A DNA stretch of 64,000 bases from Amphiscolops sp. MND2022 (Eukaryota): assembly GCA_964187785.1 (NCBI GenBank), contig OZ076409.1, positions 68,140,001-68,204,000 of the forward strand. The letters run 5' to 3'. Of the stretch, positions 1-12,344 are shown piece after piece. Below the pieces are notes generated by a model that saw only the letters and a list, made by a program, of their open reading frames with translations, was not told the origin of the DNA and searched no databases. Every line of letters starts with the position of its first letter. The first letter of the stretch is position 1. The position numbers and the translations under genes are program-made.

Positions 1-2
1 AA

Positions 3-296
3 AATGACCAATGTCGTTACTGCAAAGAAGCAGGCCACATAGTAGCTGACTGTCCAAAGTTAGCTAAACGTCGCAAACTTGAAGAGGATCCAGATGCTGA
101 GAAATGCCAAAACTGCAACACACCTGGACACGAAGAAGAAGACTGCTATTTCGGTGCTAATATGGAAAATCGTCCACTGAAATGGAACCTGACAGAAGCA
201 CAAAAGAAGACCATAGAAGAATATAAACAAGCCAAAAAACCAATCAGACCAAAACTAGAACGATCTCAACAATCCTCATCGAAGGATTTAAACTAG
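3..296 (+). CDS. gag: Gag C-terminus (nucleocapsid) with two CX2CX4HX4C zinc knuckles, partial
   Basis: Frame 3 translation contains CRYCKEAGHIVADC and CQNCNTPGHEEEDC. Stop TAG at 294-296. Confidence 0.92.
   Translation, partial: NDQCRYCKEAGHIVADCPKLAKRRKLEEDPDAEKCQNCNTPGHEEEDCYFGANMENRPLKWNLTEAQKKTIEEYKQAKKPIRPKLERSQQSSSKDLN
287..293 (+). promoter_or_regulatory. -1 ribosomal frameshift slippery heptamer U_UUA_AAC
   Basis: TTTAAAC is phased X_XXY_YYZ in the gag frame immediately before the gag stop. The -1 frame is open from 290 into the pol ORF, which has no upstream ATG of its own. Confidence 0.85.
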
Positions 297-3200
297 AAAC
301 GCCACGCCTTTACACAAAACCACCACAAAAACCAAACTCATCTGATGACTGGCAGCATCAGTTGAGCCCAAAACTCACAAAAACAACACTCGTACAAACA
401 GAATCAAACACCCAAACTTCTCAACACTCAACGGATAACCACTCAGAAGACTTATACGAACTCTTATGTGATGCTCCAGACAACTACTTCACAAAACAAC
501 AAACCCATCCTGAAATTGACCCAGACTTCAATATTCACCACGATTCACCTATTAAAAATCATGTCACTATCAAAACTTCTTGCAATGATCAAAAACAACC
601 CCTTCTAATTGAAGACCTAGCTGAACACCTACAATTTGACAAAGAACGCAACTTGTCATACCTACCAATTTCAACATCCTTGACATTGAAGCGCAAACGA
701 CACATGTACTACATTCCAATGGACTTCCAAAACCTCACACTTGATGGTCTTATTGACACAGGAGCTCTCACAAGTGCAATCTCCGAACAAGACCTCAACA
801 AAATCAAATTGCTCGCAAACGATGCGATAAAAGAAACTGGTCCTCCACCAAACTTCCAAATTATGGTGGCAAATGGACAACTAGAAGTCCCCATTGGTAC
901 AGTATTACTAGAGTTCGAAGTCGCAGACTTCATGTTAAAGGAAAACTTCATCATCATGAAAACCCTACCAAACCCGCTCATCGGATTGTGTTTCCTTCGC
1001 CGAAACAATGCAATTTTCGATGTCACACAAGGAATCTTAACCTTTCCTTACCTCTCAATGCAACTGAAACCCGATACCCAAACAGCAATACGGCAAGCAA
1101 CACCATTGTTTGCAGAAAATACCTACACACTCAGGCCAGGCGAAACACTTGCTATAGCAAGCAAAATGCCTCACCTGATGGACCATAATGCAACCGGAAT
1201 AGTCACTCCATCACAACAATTTGAAAACCACGATAGTATTTTTATTACAGCATCACTTAGCACAGTTAATAATAATGCTATCGGCTACCAGATCATCAAT
1301 TTTTCAGAATTGCCATATACAATAACCATTGACACCCATTTAGCGGATTTCAAAATTCTGACCCCAGAACAAATCAAACACATCCAACCAGTAGACCCAG
1401 CAGTACTATCGTTTATGATACAACATGAAGAAACCATAGAAGTCTACATCAACGAACTCCTCAAAGTACCACAATCAACTCCTGAACAAGAATCGTACTG
1501 GTTCCCTACCCCAGAAGACCCAGGCGATCCCGCAACATACACTCAGATACAACAACGTATATATAACGAACTCCTCGAGTTAAAGGAACTTGAAAAACTC
1601 AACCCACATGACAATGAATCATCCAGGAAAACTTTCCTCTCAAATTTCGACTGGTCTGACACAACACTCAGCTCAGACGAACAACAAGAGATTGAAGAAA
1701 TTCTCGTCGAATTCCATGATATTTTCGCCAGACACCGTTTTGATATCGGTATAAACCGCGAATTCAAAGTGAAATTAACACCCAACGACGACAGACCAGC
1801 TTACAGCCAGAGTCTGCCAACTCCAATCAACCTCAAAGATGACATCACAGGAGAACTTGCGCTTCTACACAAGTACGGTATAATCACAACTCTACCGTTT
1901 TCCAAATATGCAAGCCCGATTTTTGCACAACGCAAACCAAACGGGCGCCTTAGACTCCTAGTCGACCTCCGGAAAATCAATAATCTTATCACTGAAGATT
2001 ACGCCAATAATAACCACCCGGTAAGCACCCTATCTGATGCAGCCCAACACATGGCAGGAAAAAAGCTTTTCTGCAAACTGGATTGCTCCCAGGCTTACCA
2101 CTGCCTCCAAATGGCCGACTACCAATCTATCCAGATGCTCGCGTTTAACTTTGCAAGCAGAACATTTGCTTATCGACGCCTTGCCCAGGGTCTCAGTCGA
2201 TCTCTCTCCGCATTTTCAAGCTTCATGAGAGAATACCTAGACAGAGCAATTAAAGCAGATCAATGTGCCCAAAATGTCGATGATATCGGCATAGCAGCAA
2301 ACGACACAAAACAATTGTGTATAAACATCAAAACTGTTTTTGAATGCATCCGGAATGCCGGACTGAAACTCTCCATGTCGAAATGTCCTTTCGGAGTTAA
2401 ACAAGTCGACTTTTTGGGACGCACAATCACACCAGATGGAGTTGCCCCTCAAGCCGACAAAGTGAAAGATTTTTTGGCAAAACTCAAATTCCCAAAATCG
2501 AAAAAGGCACTACAAAGGTATATCGGATTCTTGAATTATTACCGAAACTATATACCTTGCCTTTCAGAACGACTCACCCCGTTTTTCAAACTCCTCAAAG
2601 AAACCTCCAAATTTTATGTCCCTACAAACTTGGTCGAAGACTTTACAAACCTCAATCAACTTTTGGAAAATTCTTGCCAACTCGCGTTGAAACAACCCTT
2701 GAAAGATAAACAACTCATAGTCATGTCCGATGCAAGCTTCACAGCTGCAGGATATGCCATCATGATTGAAGACGATCCCAATCAGAAGCTTCAATCCAAA
2801 CGAAAAACCTACGCACCCATTGCGTTTGGATCAAAAACGTTCAATCCAACACAAACGAAAATGTCAATCTATGCAAAAGAATTCCTCTCAATATATTTTG
2901 CATTCGTAGAGTTTGGACACCTCATGTGGGGGAGTACCTTCCCTGTCATCGTGTTCACGGATAATCGGTCTGTAACCCGGTTTTTTCAAACGAAAATGAT
3001 TCCTCCAGCGCTTTGGAATGCATGCGATTATGTATTACAATACAATTTTGTAATCGCCCATGTAGCTGGATCGATGAACACAGCCGCCGATTTTTTATCT
3101 AGAACCGAAGTTAACCCAACCGGGAAGCTCGAAATGACAATTCGCAACGATATTCACACAAAAGCAATTGAAGTGAATATACAATCAACTGGAACTGTCG

Positions 3201-5179
3201 AAGAAGAACAAATTTACATCCTTCCTGATGAAGAAATTGATTAAAATCAACTTTGGGAAGAAAAACAAAACACTCGCAATCAAGCACAAAACGAAACTCA
3301 CAATGACCCAGAGAACGACGTCTCTGAATTACAGCAATTTCACAAACCTACATCCGGATTGATCTCCTGCTCCTCTGGACACTTCAAGGACAATGCGAGG
3401 ATACGCCTTGAACAGAACAATGACATAGTCCTTCGAAACCTGAGAGCCAAAATAGAAGGCGAACCGTTTGATGAAATTGAATTAGCTTCCGATTTCAGAT
3501 ATCAACACTACTTACAAAACATAACACGAATCGAGATTAAACACGAAGTTCTCACACGAAAATACTATACAGATACAGGAATGATCTCGCATTATCAAAT
3601 CCTCTTACCAATCCAACTTCTTGAAGAACTACTTCAAGCCCTCCATGGACATAACTCAAACCATCCAGGAATTACCAAGATGATTCAAGAAACACGTCAA
3701 AAATATTACTACCCATGTATGGCCAAATACATAAAGAAATGGGTCAGTAATTGTCAGATTTGTATACAAACAAAACGTATCAACAATGATCTCCTCAGAA
3801 CCGAACTCCTTAATTGTCCCGAATGGGACCTTGGACCGGAAGACATCTTACAGATGGATATTTTGCCAAACCTCCCCCCACGCGGAGGCTACGATCACAT
3901 CATCACAGCAATAGATGTCTTCTCAAGGTATTTGTTTGCCTATCCTGCGACTCGAATTACCGCAACAGCAGTTTCAAAAGTCATAATGGATATCCTATGC
4001 AAACACACCTACCTTCCAACAACTATAATCACGGATCTAGGCACTCAATTCAACGCACAAGTCACTCATGAAATTGCGGCAGTGCTTGGAATCGAAATGA
4101 AACATGCCACAATGAAACATGCACAAACCATAGGACTCTTAGAAAGAACACATGCCTCAGTTAAAACACACCTAAAAGCCGCCACAGGCGAATTCAGGAA
4201 CAACTGGCACAAATATCTTCCTCTAGCAGTCCTTAATCATAACACAACATACCATGCATCACTCGGTTGTGAACCCTCACGAGTTTTCCATGGCCGCATA
4301 CCACACAATATCCTTGACTACAAACTTGGATACAATCCAAATCCGAAGTATCAACCACAAACTGACATTGCAGAAGAAATTCAAAAGCGCATGAGAACAC
4401 TTTTAGACCAAACTAAAAAGAATATCATGCAATCTTACCTTAAATACAAGGCCTACTACGATAGAAAAGCAAAAGCAGCCCCGTTGGAGACAACAGATTA
4501 CTGCTATATTCTTAATCCAAAAGCCGATACACAAGCAACGAAAATACCATTCCGAGAATTCAGATGGTGTGGACCTTATAAAGTTGAAAAAGTGCTCCCT
4601 AACAATAACTACATTGTGAGGAGACTTGGCACAAATAAAACCCAACTACTACATCGGATTCGTTTGCGGAAATTCACACCGCAGGCCCCTTTAGCAGACA
4701 TTTTTGTTCGTGAAACCGACTGGCAAAAAGATGATCAAATGACTATAGCAAATGATGATCTATATGCCCAATCATGGAACACGAATTTTGGAGCAAATCC
4801 ATTTGATGACATTCCCTCAGATGCAATACACAATACTGAGGATACCGAATATGTCCCAATTCAAATACCCGACAATAGCCGCCCACCCTCCCCAGTATCT
4901 TCAAAAAATAGTGGGGGGAGCCCAGTGGATCAGACCACTGAACCAGATCAAAATCACGGAAATCATGCTGATGAAATTCCACAACAATCAAATGATGATG
5001 ATAACAATACCCAAAAAACCCAAAAAGATACAAATATTTCAACAGATGATGATACTCAAAAAACTCCAGAAAATTCCCAAAATACCCCATTGCAAGAAGA
5101 ACCCATAAATACTCGTGGTGAAAAATACAACTTACGTCCTAACCCCAACCCAAATTACTCCGACTCATATAGATATTAA
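290..5179 (+). pseudogene. pol: Gypsy Pol polyprotein (protease, RT, RNase H, integrase), with one in-frame stop and a mutated RT motif
   Basis: LIDTGA protease; RT motifs LVDLRKIN and KLDCSQAY, with NVDD (2273-2284) in place of YxDD; RNase H SDAS...KEFL...TDN...ADFLSR; integrase HHCC, D-D-E and GPY. ORFs 362..3244 and 3359..5179 are in the same frame, separated only by TAA at 3242-3244. Confidence 0.93.
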
Positions 5180-5364
5180 AACAAATACAGACAAACATCT
5201 CTTTTTATCTCCCCTTTTTCTTCAAATAAATATCAGGGAGTATGATGCTTTCTATCAACAACCCAATTTCTCTGTCGAAAGAATAAATACGTGACAGAAT
5301 TGGGGAATAAACAAAGCAGAGAACGAAAAGTAAACAGTAATCAACCATATACTACAATCAACAA

Positions 5365-8300
5365 TCAGTTTTTCTTTGACTTCACAATCTTGGACTTAGT
5401 CTTCTTGGACGCATCTTCAACTGAAGAACTAGAGCAACGATTCAGTGACACACTAATCCTGCTAAGACTAGGGTCAGGAGACGGGGAACTGTTTACACTT
5501 CCAGCTCTACTGACACTCGGAGTTGTTGAGGTAGATGAGACAGTAGGTTTTTCATGCTGTAAAACTGCCTTGCGATATCCAGTTTCAAACTTCCCCAGCA
5601 AAGCTGCTCTTCGCACTCCACTTCCCTTCATGAAGTTCCAAATGGAAAATTTTCTATCAGCCAATAGATCGGCCCCTCGACCCAAGAGACGGAAAACCCG
5701 ACTTATTGATTTGGGATCCCGATAAAGGCTGGAAACATGAGGAATGGAGTTGTAAGACATCTGGAGGCTTTTGACGCAAGATTGAAAACTCTCCTCGTCA
5801 GACGCTAAACCTTCCATCGGAACGATAAATGGTGGAGGCACTTCGATTCGTGGAGGCAAGCATAGGCTCGAGAATTTAAACAATTGAAATAATTCTGGTC
5901 GGCTTTGAAGCTCGTAGTTGGAAGCCAGAAACTGAATCCAATCATCGTACTCAGGGGGGTCATCAGAACGAAGTTTAGCCGCAAGTGATCGGTACTGACT
6001 AACGACCTTCACCTTAAAGCTTGAGAAAATCAAATTAGTAGTGACAAAGTGACTTGTCAGTCTCTCAATAGCAGTAGTGTAATTAATTTCGGGTCCGACG
6101 AGGAGGACAGCGGGATCAAAGGCTGACAGTCCTTTGACAAGTTTGGATTTGAGATTTTCATGTCTCAGCAACTGTTTGCAGAACGATTTGCCAAAGCTAG
6201 TGGACTGTTCTACAAATTTACTGGGACGAGGAAGTTTACTAGCTGCAACCAATTTGTGAAAATCTTCGTTAAGAACATAATCGTCTGGTGCTTTGTAGGG
6301 CAAGTCTGTCCGATCCAGGTCCAGTTGTAGAAAATTATCCCAATCAGATATACTCCCAAGCGAAGTATCAGGCAAGATACTTTGGAGCTGACTGTAAATG
6401 AAAATAGCAAACTGGCTGAAAGCACGGAATCCACCATCTACACTTTTCTGGACTTCGGAGAAGGCTGAAGTATCTGAAACACACCAAAAGTTACAATAGT
6501 ATTGCTTCTACCTAGCAGGAATGTACTAAGAATAAGCTGAAGAAGAAATCGTCATCATAAAAACACGTGCATAATTATCACGGTGAAAGGTAATTCTCTG
6601 ATGCTAAGCTGCACGATTATACGTTATTACACGAAACAAAGATAATAACTATACGTTATTATGCGGAACAAAGCATAGTGATTATACGTCACTATGCGGA
6701 ATGACCTATGGTGATTATACGTCACTATGCGGAATGACCTATGGTGATTATACGTTACTATGCGGAAAAGATACAAATGGTGATTATACGCCACTATACT
6801 GAATGAGATATATTGATTATACGTGATCATGCGTTTCAAGGAGTAGTGACTATACGTCAATATACAAAAACAGCAGAGTAACTGTTTGGGTTATTCTGAC
6901 TGAACGGGACTAGACATACGCATTAATGCGGATTGAAGAATGATGATTACTCATGAATATACGAGAAAAAAACAAAAGTACGCGATATTGTGGATTTTGG
7001 GATTTGAATTCCTGGAACAAGAGAGTACACGTGTACAAAACTACGAAGACAGAAAACGACACAACAAAAGGAAAGTATATAAAACGTGGTAACTAACAAT
7101 GGTCAAGAACACAACGAATGACGAAAAGGCGGGCTAAGTAGGCCGTGTCGAGGCGGGAACATTCATCCAGTGTGTTTGGCTATAACAGAAAGTACCATTG
7201 AGCAAAGAGAAATGCGTTGAGTTTTTATACAATACCTAGTTAACAAACAAATAACCTCTCGCATATGGAACCGGTATACAGGGAGTCTTGCCACCTGATT
7301 AAGGTGATCAACCACATGATCCCAGTTGTTGGATAACAGCTCAATAATCAAAGAGGCATCTTGAAGGGAGTACTCCAGACGGATCACAATCTAAAAAGAA
7401 GATGGGTACTACATAAAAAAGGATTACAGCACCAAATCAGAAATTACCAGGTATGCTAATTACCTCATGTAGCAGTGGTAATTTCTTCAACCAATCGCGG
7501 TCGAGGGCAGTTCTCAGCTTCATCAAGAGATAATCGAGTATAGTCCGAAAATCATGGCGCTCAATAATCTGTGTAGTCGGGACAGCTAGGCTCCTTTCGA
7601 GTTCTTCCGGTCCAAAGGTGTTGATAACGGAGATGTGTTGGTTTCCCGGGAGGCAATTTGACAGGCAATCACCTAATTTATCACCAAAGTCAATCAAGGC
7701 GGTACAAATTGGGGCTTCTTCGAAAAGACTGATAAACGACGAAATTATAGACAACGTTTTCCTTGGCAGTAGCATCCCACGAGGAGCATTTCCTAGGCAA
7801 ACGTGATGGAGTACGTTGCCAGACCAGAATTTAAGGATCAGGAACGTGTTGGTGGGTGTGTGCTGTAAAGCGAGAGAATAGTGTCCGGAAGCTGTTATTG
7901 CAGTTGCACAATATCCGATCAGTTTCCGAAACATGTAGACGAAGGTGCCCTGTATAACAAACAAAGTACACTATTAATTTATAGTAAATGCATTTTCCTT
8001 CAAAAGGTAACTTTCTGAAAGGTTACTCTGTTTTCAATCGAGGAGTGGATGTTATCAATCAAAAAAAATAATACTAACGAAAAGTCGCTGTTGACTCCAA
8101 TTTAGTTCACACGCCCCGTCGCTAGAAGTCAGTCGTGACAGCTCACCATAAATTCCGATTAAGCTTTTAACATGACCACCATGTCGGAGTCCGTGTTCAA
8201 GAATACAGATTTGCGAAAGGACCTTATCCGTCGGGTTGGTAACCGTATTGAAATTGGGGATGGTATCCTGTCCCACAAGGGGATGGCATGAGTCTAGTTG

Positions 8301-9759
8301 AGGTGCGATTGGGTAGTTATTCTTGGCCTTTTTCTTGGCTTCTTGAAGTTGAATCCCATACATTTCCCTGCCTTCTTTGTCGAAAAGCGCCATACCAGGT
8401 ATCTCCATTCGCATCCGATGTTCCTTCACTAGATGTGTTTCGGACTTGTAGTGAGATAATAATTCAAGGCTGCCTCTGCTCATGAGAGAAAGTTCAACCC
8501 GACAAACCCGACACCACCACTTATGGGGAGTCTTGTCTCTGTCGATTGGACCAGTGGCAGAAAATTTCAAAAATGGATGTTTTCTAAGCATTGCTCCCGT
8601 AAGAGAATATCGTGGTCGTCGACGTTTCCCACTAGCTATGACGTGCTCTTCCTGTAGTTCATCAGAATGAGCCCTGGCTTGGTCGTGGGATATCACTTCC
8701 TCTTGACTAGACGTTCCAACCATAGGGGCAGTCTCCATATCATCCACAATCGTTAGTGTCAGCGGTTGCTCGGGTCCGGTCTCGTCTCCAAGAACATACT
8801 CAGGTGGAATCCGCCCAAGGAAACTGCTTATTGTGAGAATTTCTCTCTTGGTAACGCTGATGTTCCCATGACCCGCCCCTGGCACAATGACGCCACTGAA
8901 TCCAACCTGTTCAGATGGAAACATCATGGGTAATGCACTAGAATGTGGCACATTTTGATCTGCCCTGTGAGTTACTGCAGTCGGTTGAGAAGGCCCAGCA
9001 ATTTGTGAAGAGTATGGATCAGTATGTGAGGAAAGTGTTTGCGGGGGTTCCTGATCAATGAATTCATCCACTATTTCACGACTGATGTTGGAAAAGGATC
9101 CCTCCATACCTTCCGTTGAAGTAACTTCTGACTCAGGATTAACTGGTGGTGGGGTAGGATTCCCTTCCTCTACAAGCTCTTGAGACGTATTCGGGGTTGC
9201 TGACTGCTGAATAGAGATGTCATTCGACGTTTCTTTCTCTATACTGATCTCCTCGCGGATTTGGAGCGGAGCAGTAATTGGTGAACTGTTCGTATCGGGG
9301 ACAGCGGAGCTCTTGGGGGAAGATGTCAACAAAGGTGTATAAACCTTACCTGGAGAATGGGATGTCGATAATTCATTGGTCTTTGGTTCGACTGAAACAA
9401 ATAAATTCTTTACCAAAATGAAACTGAGCGAGTGGCAATCGGTTTATGCTGACTGAACTCGGACGCGGGGACAGGAAATGAAAGAAAACCGGATGCTACT
9501 TAGAAATTAGAAACGGAAACGTTTCGAAAAAACTCGAAATTGGTCTGCGAAAACACGGATCACTTTCATTTATTGAGTCTGGCCAACTCAATAGAACGAA
9601 TTTCCTCTAAATCAACTAAACCGAATCATGTTGAAAGTTGAACTTACCAGAATCAGCCCAAAATGAAGGATTGTAGTCTCTTCCTCCAAAGTATTGCGGT
9701 GATTGTCCTTTCCTCGTTCTCCTTTTCCCCGGGGAACTTCCCTCCTGTTGTTCCTCCAT
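5365..9759 (-). CDS. Six-exon antisense gene (~1078 aa): disordered N-terminus, BED-type zinc finger, hAT-transposase-like body
   Basis: Exons 9759-9648, 9391-8079, 7949-7464, 7390-7256, 7179-7098 and 6473-5365 join through five GT-AG introns with matching phases (1,0,0,0,1) into 3237 nt with no internal stop. Zinc finger WCRVC...HYKSETH at 8433-8519. An extra donor (GTAAGG) at 9349 may add another intron. Confidence 0.8.
6615..6965 (+). repeat. Array 1 of 32-36 bp units, core TATACG-N4-TATGCG (8 clear units, 2 degenerate)
   Basis: Cores start at 6618, 6650, 6683, 6716, 6749, 6785, 6818 and 6851. The array lies inside intron 5 (6474-7097) of the antisense gene. Confidence 0.9.
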
Positions 9760-10117
9760 CCAAAAGATGCGAAGAGTATGTAATTAACGATGAATAATTA
9801 AAGAGTAGAATGTCTGATAAAGAGTATCAACTAAACGAATCTAGAAATAAATCTGAAACTGGGACAGATAAAAAGAATGTTTTGATCTGTAACGTGTTAG
9901 ACAAAATACTGACGTACTATTTTCACTTTATTGACTGTTCAAACGAAAGACACAATGCAAAAGGCGTGGCGTAACAAGGCAAAGAAGCAAATGAAACGAG
10001 CTTTGAGCAAATATACCAAAAGAATACTGCAATCTGATTGGCTAATTAAATGTCAATCACTTCTGTCAGAGTGATTGACTGACTCATCATAAAGCTACCA
10101 ACAATTCACTGTATGAG

Positions 10118-10266
10118 AGTATGTGGCAGTATGCGGAATTGCAACAATGATTATACGGTGGTATACGAAATTGCAATGAAGACTATGCGGCAGCATGCGG
10201 AATTGCAGATGATGGTTATGCGGCAGTATGCGGATTGAGTGGTGACGTATACTCAGCACCCTGCGG
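10118..10266 (+). repeat. Array 2 of 32-33 bp units, core TATRCG-N4-TATRCG (about 5 units)
   Basis: Cores at 10120, 10152, 10184, 10217 and ~10250, between the divergent antisense gene (ATG 9759) and the sense ORF (ATG 11060). Confidence 0.8.
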
Positions 10267-11059
10267 TTTACGCTGCATACATTTAAAGGAACGGATTAAT
10301 ATTACTAATGCTTGGAATTGAGTGAAAAGACAATATTACGTAATACTGTGATGTAATTACGACTTGCAAATGTAAATCACGTGTGATTTCATTGATGTTT
10401 AGCCAAATACCAGTGCAATTTTGAACCAAATACATGTATAACAGCTTAGTCTGGTGACGCTTTTCAAACCTTTAAATGAAGTTACTGGTAGTGATGAAAT
10501 TCATGTATTAGATCATAAACTACATTTATATCCTTTAAAATGCAAGACAAGAATCGACTGATGTTTTCTTTAAAAGTCATATGACCTATGGAAGTAAAAT
10601 AGGAAACGCTTCCTAGCTTTCCCTATTTTTTACAAACAGTCATGTAGTTTGAATAAATTTGATTTTAGTTTGTTTTATTGAATATTGCCATGAAGAGTTT
10701 TATTTCATTTTCACTCACATCAAATTGAATTTGTTTACGAATCGTTAAAAGTAGGTTGAATGCTGTGAAGGATGATGATCAAGGGAAATCAGTTGAAGTG
10801 CTTAACATCACACCTTTTATGGAAAATGTCTATGATAAATTGTGGATGATGCTTGTGATATGAATCTAGACAGGAACCCATATAAGGTGGTGTAAGAACC
10901 TAAAACCATGACACTCAACTTTTCCGCGGGTTTTCCGCCGAAAACGAAAGGTATAAAAGAATCCATCACCATATGGTCTATAACAATCTGAAATTCAGTT
11001 GCTATTAATATCAAAATTTTGCTTTAATTCGTCTGATTTTAAATACAAATCAAAAGAAA

Positions 11060-12115
11060 ATGAACCCACTGCAATTTAACCTGGACGAAGATTTGGGCTA
11101 CTCGCCTATTTCACCTGATGTCATCGACATCTCCAGTGGTTCTGGGGACGAGTTCGTGGTAGAAGCTGGCAACATCCCCCAGTTGGACGAGAAATTCAGG
11201 ATCAACACGATGGGGACAAACATGATGACTGCTTTCATGGGTGCAGCAACAGCGTCACTACTTCCCAACACCGACCATGTTGACCAATCAGGATCTATAG
11301 ATACGGCTGGAACTCGTATCGAGAGGGACATTATGGATCTGATAGAAGAGGGCCCTTCCTCCTCTCCTGAATCTCCGCTGTCTTTCATAGATTCGCAATT
11401 TGAAGGGATTGGAATGTCCCCTGTTAATGTTAGTGCTGAACCCAGGATCCAACTGAACAGCTATGGGCGTCCAGTCGCAGCAATATTGCCTACACCAAGA
11501 GCCACAATACAACAACCGAATGAGATCGCCAGGCCAGTGCCCACTTACCCCCCAAATTTTTCACGTGAAACACATGATTCACACCAACTTCGAGCAATTA
11601 ATTCAGACGCTCAAGAAACTGTAAACCTGCCGATTCATCAACCAGAAGGGGTTTACCCTCAAGCAACTTTTGTCCCAGAGGGAATAACGTACCCGGCCAT
11701 CAATGACATCACACCAGTAGTGATACATCTACCCCCTAGAAACATGGGAATTCCTCAAGTCAACTTCAACGATCAATTTCAACAAGTAGTCCAAGCAGGT
11801 TTCCCGTTCAATGTTCTACACAGCACCAACATCCTACTGATGCCGACTAATGAACGACAGAATTTCAGACTGTTCCCAACGGTCATGCCCAACGTCTCTG
11901 GGTATTGCGATTGGTGTGGACGCACCTTTGATCAAGTGGCTCTAGAAACGTTGGGTGACTATCTTGGGGCGACAGCTTATAATGAAGAAACAGTAAGGGA
12001 CCGTGGAGTCAGATCCAGAGCCTTCATAGACGGATTTGAAGCTGCGTTGTTTATCTTCAAGAACGCGGGACTGTCGCGTCCCCAAAGGTGCGATGGGTCC
12101 GGTGTGCATCTTTAA
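11060..12115 (+). CDS. 351-aa orphan accessory ORF: acidic/Pro/Gln-rich N-terminus, C-terminal CxxC domain
   Basis: Uninterrupted ATG-to-TAA ORF in AT-rich surroundings, with YCDWCG followed by a helical-looking C-terminus. No family recognised. Confidence 0.65.
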   Translation: MNPLQFNLDEDLGYSPISPDVIDISSGSGDEFVVEAGNIPQLDEKFRINTMGTNMMTAFMGAATASLLPNTDHVDQSGSIDTAGTRIERDIMDLIEEGPSSSPESPLSFIDSQFEGIGMSPVNVSAEPRIQLNSYGRPVAAILPTPRATIQQPNEIARPVPTYPPNFSRETHDSHQLRAINSDAQETVNLPIHQPEGVYPQATFVPEGITYPAINDITPVVIHLPPRNMGIPQVNFNDQFQQVVQAGFPFNVLHSTNILLMPTNERQNFRLFPTVMPNVSGYCDWCGRTFDQVALETLGDYLGATAYNEETVRDRGVRSRAFIDGFEAALFIFKNAGLSRPQRCDGSGVHL

Positions 12116-12344
12116 GAAGATAAACAACGCCTACAATGTTGTGTCAAACTCTAAAAACTCATCCACTAGTCATGTAACTTGTGTAAATATATTACTTCTA
12201 ATCAGGGTCTCTTAATTGTTTTACTTTGTAAAAGTAACATCTTGATGTACTTTGGGCAACTCCAAAAGCCTTAATGATGATTTTATTAGTTCAAATAACA
12301 CATGTGCAGTGCTACTAATTTCATTCTGAACGAATGGTATTAAT

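Noticed and set aside
3242..3244. Programmed stop-codon readthrough between RNase H and integrase
   Set aside because: The TAA-AAT context is not a known readthrough signal, a single GAA>TAA change explains it, and the same copy has another lesion (NVDD).
5291..5725. 144-aa plus-strand ORF after pol as a possible env
   Set aside because: No signal peptide or TM anchor. It is the shadow of the antisense gene's last exon.
6627..6860. ORF with RIVTYNHH peptide repeats
   Set aside because: By-product of the 33-bp array. It lies in a predicted intron, and the homologous arrays have 32-bp units that break frame.
6615..6965. CRISPR-like appearance of the 33-bp arrays (conserved core plus variable spacer)
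   Set aside because: Spacers are only ~16 nt and partly homologous to each other, the cores are degenerate, there are no cas genes and the context is eukaryotic.
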